DNA of 64,000 nucleotides, from assembly GCF_035594765.1 (NCBI RefSeq), contig NC_085841.1, forward strand, positions 256,142,689 to 256,206,688, written 5' to 3'. The notes beneath the pieces were generated by a model that saw only the letters and a program-made list of their open reading frames with translations, was not told where the DNA came from and did no database searches. This stretch comes from Anolis carolinensis. Taxonomy: Eukaryota. Made by a program: the position numbers and the translations under genes. Numbering within the stretch: position 1 is the stretch's first letter; every line of letters starts with the position of its first letter. This document shows, piece by piece, positions 38,305 through 48,686 of the stretch.

Positions 38305-38700
38305 TTAATTGCTATTCAAACTGGCCAACCAAGGATTCTGCAAGGTAAAAAGCGACCAGGCTTGCAAGCAGCAAGGCTATTCAGTGCTATTCAACTTGGC
38401 CAACCAAGATTTCCCCTAGGTGAAAATCCCCCAGGCTTTGAAGCCATGAGGCTACTCCATCCCATTCAACCTGGCCCAGCAAGGATACCCTATGTAGAAA
38501 GCAGCCAGGCTTTTAAGGTGCAAGACTATTCAGTGTAATTCCAGCTGGCCAAACAATGATTCCCCTACAAAGCAAGTAGCCAGGCTTCAAAGCGGCTCTT
38601 TGACTGTGGGTGCTACTCCAGCTACTCCAGAAAACGGCCAGGCTTTGAGGTTGCAAGGCTATTCACTGCTATTCCACCTGGCCAACAAATGATTCCCATA
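38305..38700 (+). repeat. ~75-bp tandem array derived from a Penelope segment
   Basis: ccaggc anchor at 38356, 38431, 38505, 38580 and 38638; unit matches 47316-47390. Confidence 0.85.
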
Positions 38701-40767
38701 AGCCACAGCAACGCGTGGCCTGGCAAAGTTAGTATATATAGAGAGAGGGGGAGGGAGAGAGGCTTCCTTTTACCCTAACTACCAGGTTCAGGGAGTGGCA
38801 TTTATAAGAGGACTGAGCTGACATTCCTTCCAAAAAATGAAATAGTTACACATTGTTTTCTGCTATCCAAGGATGTTGTTTGTTCTTTCTTTTTTCTTCC
38901 AGCAACCTAATTTGAGGAGTAAAAAAAAGAAAACCTTTTTGTTCTTGCCATTGTTAAATAAAGGGGATGAGGATCACAAACATTTGTATCTGCTTCAAAA
39001 ATGAAGGCATGGGCCACTGAACATTTACCTTTTCCTCGTCCTTGGTATCCGTCACCTGAAATCATGTGTTTTTATTGTGCAGAAGCTTCAAAACAGAGAA
39101 AGCTATGGCTCATCTTCACCCTTTTCTATTAAACACAAACCTGAAGTGTAGGATTAAGCCAGCCTAAAAGCACAAGTGCTGGCAAATGCAAAATTGGGGA
39201 CTGTTTCTTTCAGGGACCAAATCAGTTGTAGTCATAGCAAGGAAATGCATTGTAATATAATGAAGAAGGACATCTGCCATGTAGCATTGAGAAAATAAAA
39301 GTGAGCACATAACATCCATACACCTGGCGCTTTGTGGTGAATATTTTATACAAGCTCTTGGTTCTGTTTGTTTTCTTATTATAATAAATACAGAAATAAA
39401 AGTGAACTTCTGCCTTGAAGTGTAAACAAGACAGAAATTGTTAGATCTGAACCTGGTTTGTTCACTCTATAGGAATGCATCTTCTTTCTCTCTCTCCCTC
39501 TCATTCTCACTCAGTTTGCATCTTGCTTTTAACAGAATGATTTGTTTCTACTCAGATGCCATCATGCAGATCATATCCTCAGAGGAAATCAACAGGAGAT
39601 GAAAGTGATACTGAGTTCATTTCTTCCCCCACCCTCCCATCTCTCCAGTCATTTCAGTGTGTGAGAAAAAAAATTGGATGGGCTTCAAATATTGTTCTTG
39701 CCTTTTACGTTCCCATCCTGAAAATAGCCTCATAGAGTAGTTAGTTTATGAAGTCACGGCTATGGCCATTGCTTCCTGTAGGCCATTGCTGTTCTTGCTG
39801 CCAAAAGGACAGGATACCTTTTCCATGCATGGTAAAAAGGCTTAAATAGCTGTGAAAATCAGTGGCTTCCCTACTGAAAGTTGCAACACCACAGAGAGAT
39901 GGAGAGGAAGGCTCTCCCTCAACCTTACTGCTCCCAGTTTCTCTTTTTTTTCTTTTTAATTAAAAACAGCCCCCATGACTATTGCTAGTTGCTGTATTTA
40001 TGTATGTTATAGCAATTAATTCCTGTTATATGGTTTATTTTCTGTTTTCTCTTTAAGCTGCAAGACCTAGGATTTTAAGGGCCCTGGCATTGGTTTTTTT
40101 TTTTTTAATAGCCACAGATGTCCACAATAGAAACACAGTCTGCAATAATCAGCAGGTTTTCAGGTATAAGCTGTAAGGATTCTTGATTCATGGCACATAA
40201 AAGAATATATGAAGGATGACAAAATCTCCCAGAAACTCCATGTAAATGGGTTTTTATAGGAGTTGTATGTGTGTATTTCAGTTTTTAAAATGGTATTGGG
40301 TGAGGGGGCTACTAGGGTTCTAACTAGTACAGTTTGGTGATTTCTTCTTCAGAAAACAGAAATATTCCAAAATTGTCTTCATTGGTGACATTTGTTTTCT
40401 GATTTTATTATAACCACAACAGTTATTTAAAGTTGTGTGAGAATCCTGAAATGTAAATGGCTAGCTAATATCAATTACATGTGTTGAATTGATGGATTGA
40501 TTTTCTCTTTCCCATCTGGTTTTTGCCATCAAAATTAGTTTGTACATGAAGTATTAGAAAATTAATTTGTAATGTATCATGAAGGTTATCCAGGATCAAA
40601 GGGCAAATAGAAGATTGTTTGCAGTGAGTGAAAGCTGAAGAGCTATTAGGGGCAGCAGGAACCTTTAGAAGGCCCTCCACTGACAACAGTGCATTGTTGA
40701 GGATTCTTGATTCCTATTTTCATCCTAATCCTCACCTCAGATGTCTGGCATTTGGATGCAGGTATCA

Positions 40768-41828
40768 ATGTATTTATTTATTTATTTACCATATATATCC
40801 CGCCTTTCTCCACCCCTGGGGGGACTCATGGCGGCTTACAAATGGCACTACACAGTGCCTACAGAATAAAACATCTAAAAGTTACATTAAAATTAAAATA
40901 AGCACAAATAAAAAATTTAAATACAATCCAATGTTAAGACATAGCATCTGAAAAGCAAGAGTCAATTGCACGATTTCAAGTAAATGTATTGCACAATTAC
41001 TTCTCAAAGTCTTGCTCCCAAAGCCACTCTCTTTCTGAAAACCAGGAGGGAGGGGGCTGACCTGACATCACTTGGGAGGAAGTTCCACACCCGAGGGGCC
41101 ACTAGTGAGAACGCCCTATCTATCGTCCCCACCAACCGCACCTGCAAAGGAGGTGGGACCAAGAGCAGGGCCTCCCCAGACGATCTTAGACTCTGAGGAG
41201 ATATGTTTGGACAGGTAGACTGGGCCGGAATCATTTAGAGCTTTGTAGGCTAAAGCCAGCATTTTGAATTGAGCTCGGAAGCAAATTGGCAGCCAGCGGA
41301 GCTGATGTAGCAGAGGGGAGGTATGCTCCCTGTACACCGCTCCGGTGAGCAACCTGGCTGCCACCCGTTGGACCAGCTGAAGCTTCTGAATTGTTTTCGA
41401 AGGCAACCCCATGTAGAGTGCATTGCAGTAATCTAAGCGGGATGTAACCAGAGTGTGGATCACCGTGGCCAAGTCAGACTTCCCAAGGTAAGGGTGCAGT
41501 TGGTGCACAGTTTTTAGTTGTGTGAAAGCTTCCTTGGCCACCGCCATGACCTGGGGTTCCAGGCTCAACGGTGAATCCAGAATCACTCCCAGGCTGCAAA
41601 CCTGCGTTTTCAGGGGGGGTGTAACCCCATCCAACACAGGCTGTAACCCTGTGCCCTCATGAGGACCTCCGTCTTGTCTGAATTCAGTTTCAATTTGTTC
41701 ACCCTCATCCAGACCATTACAGCGGCCATCATCGGTTCAGGACCTGGACAGCCTCCTTAGTACCAGGTGGAAAGGAGTGATAGAGTTGAATGTCATCTGT
41801 GTACAGATGACACTGCACTCCAAAACTG
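40768..41828 (-). mobile_element. L2 LINE 3' ~1 kb (RT C-terminus)
   Basis: CHLYTDDIQLY (YADD box variant), LGVILDSPLSLEPQV, LVTSRLDYCNALYMGLP, LRWLPICFRAQFK; frameshifted. Confidence 0.95.
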
Positions 41829-42019
41829 TACACCGGCCATTCAGCTTTCATGACAGATAGGAAAAAGTGACATGGGTGAAAATAGTAGACAGAGGTTTGC
41901 AAAGCAAATAAAGGGTGGCTTGGCTTGGTAGTGTAGCTGGAATTAATAGCACTCCCACTTTGGAGAGGCACTAGAACCCAATATAATCGCCTTCCTGATA
42001 TAGCACTTTATGAAACCTG

Positions 42020-42228
42020 TCCCCGCTAGTTCGCTTTTAATTACTCTGATTTCATCTGCTTGGATTTTAATGTATTGCTCATTATATTATTTTGTTTATT
42101 GTTGAAATGTTTTAAATTTTGTCAAATATGTTGTATCGTTGTTGGGCTTGTCCCTGTTGTGAGCTGTCCCGAGTCCCTTCGGGGAGATGGGGCAGGATAT
42201 AAAAATAAAGGTTATTATTATTATTTTA
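42020..42228 (+). mobile_element. L2 3' UTR/tail
   Basis: gtgagctgtcccgagtcccttcggggagatggggcaggatataaaaataaaggttattattatt. Confidence 0.8.
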
Positions 42229-42230
42229 TT

Positions 42231-42331
42231 ATGGCAACATCAATGATCCAAACCTTTTTCCTTTCCACAATTGTGATGTCTGGTGTGTTGTGTTCCAGAA
42301 CTTTGTCAGTCTGGATTGGGAAGTCCCACAG
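42231..42331 (-). mobile_element. Short R4/Dong fragment (duplicate of 42730-42830)
   Basis: Near-identical to the 5' end of the adjacent copy and abutting (TAA)n. Confidence 0.85.
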
Positions 42332-42338
42332 TTTATTA

Positions 42339-42393
<55 letters not shown>

Positions 42394-42828
42394 TTATTAT
42401 GACACAGCAAACAAGATAGATATTCTGGATTTCATATCACAAAATCACAAGTCAAACACTTCCCAAGTGTCTAGGACTGTGTGATGAATTTTCGGATGAT
42501 GCATGCAGATCCCAGCAGGGTGGCCTTTTGCAGTTGGCAGATCTTAATTTTGTCAATGTCTATTGTTTCCAAATGCCGGCTGAGATCTTTTGGCACGGCA
42601 CCCAGTGTAGCCATCACCACCGGGACCACCTGCACTGGTTTCTGCCAGAGTCTTTGAAGTTCAATCTTGAGGTCCTGATAGCGGCTGAGTTTTTCCTGTT
42701 GTTTTTGTCAAATGCAACTGTCACCTGGGATGGCGACATCAATGATCCAAACCTTTTTCTTTTCCACAACCGTGATGTCTGGTGTGTTGTGTTCCAGAAC
42801 TTTGTCAGTCTGGATTCGGAAGTCCCAC

Positions 42829-42830
<2 letters not shown>
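42394..42830 (-). mobile_element. R4/Dong-clade LINE 3' end flanked by (TAA)n on both sides
   Basis: LWDFRIQTDKVLEHNTPDITVVEKKKVWIIDVAIPGDS.. RLE domain; (TAT)n runs at 42337-42393 and 42831-42891. Confidence 0.93.
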
Positions 42831-42892
<62 letters not shown>

Positions 42893-44819
42893 CCACTTTT
42901 TACTCGGCCTAGACATTCCCTGCCTTTTTTCCTAAGCAGTTAAAAGAAATTCTTCCTGATTTATGAAGTTTTGGTTTTAATTAAAATGCAAAAATAGAAT
43001 CTAGGCTATGGTAATAAGGAAGAGAAGCTTCATTAATAAGGTAATAAAAGTTGGAGATAATTGGAGGACAAACTAAAGGAAAACAGGACCGGAGACTTAA
43101 ATTGATAAAAGGCCAACAAAGGTTTGGCAGCTTAGTCCAGGGCAGACTGGAGCTGGCTGATGTCCACTTGGAAGAGGTTTCCTAATTAACTCTTATCCAC
43201 TGCTCATTTTGGAAAATTTGGAATAGATATTGCTTCTTTTTCTCCCACCCTTCTAGGAGGTTTGGGTGGTTTTTTGTTTTTTTGTTTTTCGCAGTGGGGC
43301 AAAATTATATTACACTATTGTCATTTATATAACAGAATAGGTGGAAGGAGTGAGGGAAGTAAAAAAAGACCCTTTTTAGTTTTCAAGGGTATTGGATATG
43401 CCTTCAATACCCTTTCCAAGCTTGTACATTCTACTGCAGAAACTTCATTAACTCACTCATTAGCGTTATCTGATTCACTGCTGCAGCCTCTCATCGGGAA
43501 TGTGGAACAGCAGCTGGAGGAGGAAATCAGCTCAAGCTAATGTATATGTTAATAACACTAATGTTTGTAGCATTTGGTGTTAGTAAGGCAGTAAAATATC
43601 CATGCAGTGTATCCCTCCGACAAAGCGGGTGGGGGGAGAGTGATCGTGGCGGCATAAAAGTTATCAGTTCAGAACATTTATAGTTGGTATTTATAGATTA
43701 GTGGAGTATGTTAGAAATTCTGGCAGTACAATAGCCACATGAAGATCTGTGCCATGAATTATTCAACAAGATGGCTCGCAAGTCAGTCTGAGTGACAAAC
43801 AGAACAAAAAGGGACGTCTCATAAAATGTATCCCTATGACCTGCCCCGCTTTATCTGTAGCTGATAGACCTCTGCCAAGTAAAGCTTCAGCTGAATAATG
43901 GTCTCTTTGGTGGTTACGTTTTGTAACCCCGCAGTCTTATTTTCTGTAAGTTATGTTTGGGACTCTTTAGTAGAAGTGTAAGGAGAATCCAATAAGTTAA
44001 CAGCTCTGTATTTTCAGGGTTAGAGAGAGTCGAACGTTTGGCTTGCCTTTGTAGAAGGGCTGCATTAGCTGGGATGAAATAGCTTATGCAGTTTTTCAAA
44101 GGCACACTTATTATCTAATTATATGCCTGAGACCAGCTCCCTCACTAGAACCATGATCTCCTGCCACCATCTAATGAGAAAGGATAGCCTACCTGCCGGT
44201 TATAGCTCCACCTGCATAGACTGCCAAGTAGGATATTGGGTTATGAAATAGTTGCTATTGATCTGGGGTAAAAATGATTACACGGCAAAGACTTCCAGGC
44301 CTTATTTTTAACTTTGTCAAAGACAAACTGTTATCTCATTCTGTTCCAGGAATACTAAGCCATGACAAAGTTTTACTTTGACACATCCGGAAAAGCCTCA
44401 TATGGAATACTTTGTTATTTTGATTTGTGTATATGTGTGATTTAGGCTGCAGTTTTAATCATGCTTATGTGAGTACAGGCCACATTAAATATAGTAGATT
44501 TAAACACCTAAAACTGCTGTGCCTTGTTAAATACATTTCGCAGTATAAGCACAGATTGTGAACTCAATTCAGTCACATAGTTACAATTCAGTTTCTCGAT
44601 ATATTTATACCGGCTGGGTATCCTTAGCTAAATGTCATTTGGATTTTGGATTTTTATTTATTTTAATTGTAGAATACTTGTATTTGCATACATAATGAGA
44701 TATTTGGGAATGTCCAAGTTTAAATTAATGTATGTTTCATATACACCTTACATGCATAGCCCAAAGATAATTTTATATAATATTTTAAATACTTTTGTGC
44801 ATGAGACAAAGTTTGTTTA

Positions 44820-45052
44820 GGGTTGTTGTGTGTTCTCTGGGCTGTATGGTCATGTTCCATAAGTATTTTCTCCTGACGTTTCGCCCACATCTGTGGCAAG
44901 CATCCTAAGAGGTTGTGAGGATGCCTGCATCTGAGGATGCCTGCCATAGATGTGGGCGAAACGTCAGGAGAGAATACTTTTGGAACATGGCTATACAGCC
45001 TGGAAAACACACAACAATGCTGTGATTCCGGCCTTGAAAGCTTTCGATAATG
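44820..45052 (+). mobile_element. Palindromic Penelope-like (pLTR inverted) insertion
   Basis: Inverted arms of ~90 bp around 44915-44930; perfect 13-bp TSD caaagtttgttta (44807-44819, 45053-45065). Confidence 0.9.
44931..44970 (+). ncRNA. Minimal type I hammerhead ribozyme motif (Penelope-associated)
   Basis: CTGAGGA-t-gcctgc catagat gtgggc-GAAA-cg-TC-aggag: core boxes, stem II and palindromic minimal stem III present; the 5' strand of stem I is altered, so activity is uncertain. Confidence 0.65.
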
Positions 45053-45069
45053 CAAAGTTTGTTTACATT

Positions 45070-45400
45070 GGAGCCCCCAATGGCTCAGCAGATTAAACCA
45101 CTGAGCTGCTGAACTTGCTGACTGAAAGGTTGGCGGTTCGATTCTGGGGAGCGGAGTGAGCTGCCACTATTAGACTGAGCTTCTGCCAGCCTAGCAATTC
45201 GAAAACATGCAAATATGAGTAGATCAATAGGTACTGCTTCTGTGGGAAGGTAACGGCGCTCCATGCAGTCATGCTGGCCACATGACCTAGGAGTATCTCC
45301 GGACAATGCCAGCTCTTCAACTTAGAATGGAGATGAGCACCAACCCCCAGAGTCGGTCACAACTGGACTTAATGTCAGGGGAAACCTTTACCTTTAACTT
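45070..45400 (+). mobile_element. Sauria SINE inside the Tigger4-like MITE
   Basis: Full length, ggagcccccaatgg to acctttaccttta. Confidence 0.94.
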
Positions 45401-45725
45401 TATCAGAAAGCAAAGGTTTCACCTGTGTACGTGTTTTGGATTTTGGAGTATTCTGGATTTTGGAATTCTGGATCAAGAATGCTCAATCTGTTTATTTATT
45501 TACTAAAAGTTCCTGCTATGAAATTTTGCCTTGTCTAACATCAATGTTTTCTCTTCACCCTGTATGGTTAAAGTTCCAACAGACCCCCATGACATGTGTA
45601 GCACAACTGCAGCATATCTAGACAATCTGTCAGAAATCTTGTGCCAGGTTGTTAATGCCTGTATTCAACAAGAGCCAGGCCTCTAAACATATGTGACTAA
45701 TATAAATATACGTCATCCCCCTATT

Positions 45726-45850
45726 GGGGACATGAGAGAAGCCTTCCAGTAGGATGGTAACACATCCTGGCATCCTCTGGGCAATGTCTCTGTAGACGGC
45801 AAATACTCTCACCAACTTGCAGTATGTTCTCAAGTCACTGCTGACATAAT
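45726..45850 (+). mobile_element. 3' fragment of the second tRNA-SINE family (as 52660-52944)
   Basis: gggacatgagagaagcc..aggatggtaacacatcc.ggc.tcc.ctgggcaa...ttctcaagtcactgctgacat. Confidence 0.8.
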
Positions 45851-47092
45851 TTTTTTTAAAACCCTGTTTACGTTACCTCAATTTCCATGTTTTCCCTTGG
45901 TGCTTTATAGTATTTTGGATTTTAGGACAAGGACATGTGCCCTTTTCCTCTTTGTAGTATGTCCACCAATATTTCCATAAAAACAATTCATATTAATATA
46001 TATATTTAATGCATGAAGCACAAGAGTGGCAACTGGTAAGATACACAGTGCATTAAAGGTGCCTTAAAATTAGCATAAGTTCAGAATGAATCATATACAA
46101 ATGAGTATGTCACCAAGCACTTGTGTTGGCAAAGCAAGAGGAATAATCTGATATCATTACAACCATAGTAAGTGTTATTAAACAGCTTGAATTGTGTGTG
46201 TGCATGTCTGTGCCTACAGATATGATAAAATGTTGTAGGAAGCTCACAGTAGACACAGTACCACTAGGCTAAAATAGTAGTGAGCATCCCAAACTCCTGA
46301 AATGTATTGAACTATCAAGGCTGCATGAAATCTCAGCCAGAAGCCTGGTTTGTGAATCCCCTGGTAGTAAGGTCCTTCAGGTTTCATAGTAGAAAAAGAG
46401 TAAGGTTTACCTCCCCCAGTTTTGTTGTAACTATGTGCAGTCAGTCAGTTGGTAATCCACTGGTTCTGAAGAAGTGAAATGGGAGTAGTTGGTTTGAATT
46501 TGTAGAAATAGAATTTTTGATGTTGGTTTATAATAGCCACTAGGCTTGATCGATCCACGAAAAATTTGATTCTAAACTCGTTTCAAAACTAGAGGGGGGC
46601 AGCTTTTCGTTTCTGATGGTATTTCCGAATTTGGCCCCCCCAAAAAATCGAAATTAACGAAAATTCGTTATTTTCAAAATTAATTCGTTAATGGCAGACG
46701 TGCATGCGCAATTCCCAAAAACAGCACAGAGGGAGAGGACTTTACAGGACTCTCCCACCCTCATTTTTTGAGTGATCTTCTTCCAACTTGGTACAGTGGT
46801 AGAACACATTTAACACTGATAGCTCACCAAAATTTGGAACGTTTCCCTTATCCTCTGATTTTTGGCGAATTTTCATAGCTTTTATAATAAACCATTTTTT
46901 AATAATTGCAGAAATCTGTTCCTGGTTTGAAAGTCTTATTTCCTGTTAAATTGGGTTGTCTTTACTGTGAAAGTCATTGTTCTACTTCAGAAACTTTGTT
47001 TTTGTGGCTGAAACTTTGTTAAATTGGTGTGTGTGTGATATATACTGTGTATATATAGTCCCTGCATATGTGTGTGTGTGTGTGTGTGTGTA

Positions 47093-47251
47093 TAGGTAAA
47101 GGTAAAGGTATCCCTTGACGTTAAGTTCAGTCATGTCTGACTCTGGGGGTTGGTGCTCATCTCCATTTCTAAGCCCAAGAGCCAGTGTTGTCCATAGACA
47201 CCTCCAAGGTCATGTGGCCGGCATGACTACATGGAGTGCCATTACCTTCCC
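47093..47251 (-). mobile_element. Sauria SINE 3' half inside the hAT
   Basis: aggtaaaggtaaagg...gccattaccttccc; abuts (TG)n at 47069-47091. Confidence 0.9.
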
Positions 47252-47262
47252 AGAAACACCCA

Positions 47263-47500
47263 GAAAATGGGAATTCCAGACAGGAAACAATCAGGGCCAG
47301 CTAATACCTCCCAACAAAGGATTCCCCCAGGTAGGAAGCAGCCAGGCTTTGAAGCTGCAAGGCTATTCAATGCTAATCAAGGTGACCAATTGCAACATTC
47401 ACACTTGCCTCCCACAGACAAGAGTTCTTTCTCCCACCCTGGACCTTCCACAGATATATAAACCCCACTTGCCTGGCTTCACACAGACGTCAAAACCTCT
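47263..47500 (+). mobile_element. Penelope-like 3' fragment inside the hAT
   Basis: gaattccagacaggaaacaatcagggccagctaa...cctggaccttccacagatatataaacc; its 3' part overlaps the family sequence at 19700-19765 in reverse. Confidence 0.82.
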
Positions 47501-47509
47501 TGAGTATCA

Positions 47510-47625
47510 GGCCTGAGCTGAGGCGAGGCGGCGGCGGCCATTTCCCCCCTCCGTCTTCCTCCTCCTCCTCGGCCTCCTTCCCCCTCGCCCCCTCCCATTG
47601 GCTGAGCCCGTGACGCCCCTTTTGC
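47510..47625 (-). promoter_or_regulatory. CpG-rich promoter or first-exon-like segment inside the hAT
   Basis: Minus strand: CGTCA, CCAAT, GGGGGCGAGGGG, purine-rich leader, AAATGGCCGCCGCCGCC (YY1-like motif and ATG). Confidence 0.4.
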
Positions 47626-47857
47626 TGAGGGGCAAAAGGAAGGGGCCTGAATGGTGGGAGTTTGGGTGATTTGCAAAAGCTTTTTTTTCCTAACGAAAAA
47701 AACGACGACATAACGAAAAATGGCCTCTCGCGATTCGAAACCGCGATATCCAGACGTGTGGACAACCAATGCCGTATATTGCTTCAAAACAAACGAAAAT
47801 AACGAATTAATAACGGTTAACGGGGAAAACAAATTATTTGAGCAAGCCTAATAGCCA

Positions 47858-48153
47858 CCAGTGGCGCAGCAGGTTAAACTGCTGAGCTTCTGAACTTGCT
47901 GACCAAAAGGTCAGCTGTTCGAAACTGGGGAACAGGGTGAATCCCCGCTCTTAGCCCCAGCTTCTGCCAACTTAGCAGTTTGAAAACTGTGAGTAGATCT
48001 GGCAGAAAGGTAACTGTACTCCATGCAGTCATGCCGGCCACATGACCAGAAGGTGTCTACGGACAATGCCAGCTCTTCGGCTTACAAATGGAGATGAATA
48101 TCAATGCCCAGTCAGACTTGACTAGACTTAATGTCGGGGAAAACCTTTACTTT
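47858..48153 (+). mobile_element. Sauria SINE
   Basis: Head ccagtggcgcagcaggttaaact directly after the hAT TSD; tail ggggaaaacctttact. Confidence 0.9.
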
Positions 48154-48611
48154 ATCTTATAATCATATTCTACAGTACACAATGCAATAAACAAAGCTTG
48201 AGCTGGGAAACAATGGGATTCTGCTACAGCTGATTCAGCTGTAGCAATGTGTGTCTGTTTACAAAAGGCAAGGTAAGCAGCAGCTGCCTCCAGAATCCCT
48301 TACTGCATGAACAGCATAACAGAAAAAAAGAGTCTGTCTCATCAGTTATCACCTGCATAGCGCTCTTAAGTTTGCCCTCCAAAATAAAAATCATAGAAAA
48401 AGTGGAAGCCGGTTTAAAAAAAGTCATTTCTTGATGCCTTTTGGATGCTTTCAAGTAATCTCCAGATGGTTCAAAATCTTTTCTTTTCTTATGCACGGAT
48501 TACCTGGCCTTTCATGTTTCATTTCATGTCTGTATAGTGTCATTTTTTTAAATTGAAATATATTGAACTTGTTTTTCATGGTATAGGAACCTACACCTAT
48601 TCTTTGAATCT

Positions 48612-48686
48612 GATTTTCCTGCTTCTTGGCAGGGGGTTGGACTGGATGGCCCACGAGGTCTCTTCCAACTCTGATTCTATATATGA
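48612..48686 (+). mobile_element. CR1 3' tail
   Basis: ttcctgcttcttggcagggggttggactggatggcccacgaggtctcttccaactctgattctat. Confidence 0.85.

Larger units (their letters stand above)
37160..38732 (+). mobile_element. Non-autonomous Helitron (copy B)
   Basis: Same 3' hairpin GCCACAGCAACGCGTGGC (38702-38719), 9 nt spacer, TTAG|T (CTAG mutated). Core caccaaatttggc.acaaaagacata and gaactggattat repeats shared with copy A. The 5' end is buried in (TA)n. Confidence 0.85.
44610..45490. mobile_element. Tigger4/Zombi-like Tc1/mariner MITE with two nested insertions
   Basis: TA|ccggctgggtatcc ... gaatgctcaatctg; internal cataatgagatat..tatgtttcatatacacctta..ttttgtgcatga.acaaagtttgt.tacattg..atcagaaagcaaagg follows the Tigger4/MER46 consensus as I recall it. 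Confidence 0.8.
46541..47850. mobile_element. Young composite hAT element (TAGGCTTG termini)
   Basis: TIR taggcttg / caagccta; perfect 8-bp TSD atagccac (46533-46540, 47851-47858); CpG-rich subterminal AACGAA repeats; no transposase. Confidence 0.93.

Noticed and set aside
38305-38700. CRISPR-like repeat-spacer array
   Set aside because: Units are homologous along their whole length with no unique spacers, there are no cas genes, and the context is vertebrate. The same applies to the arrays at 22281 and 25530.
41116-41637. Longest ORF (173 aa) as an active or domesticated reverse transcriptase
   Set aside because: Part of a 5'-truncated, frameshifted L2 copy lacking most of the RT and all of the endonuclease.
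42290-42935. Poly-Ile, poly-Tyr and poly-Leu proteins (also 22443, 58438, 61412)
   Set aside because: Translations of (TAT)n, (AAT)n and (TA)n microsatellites.
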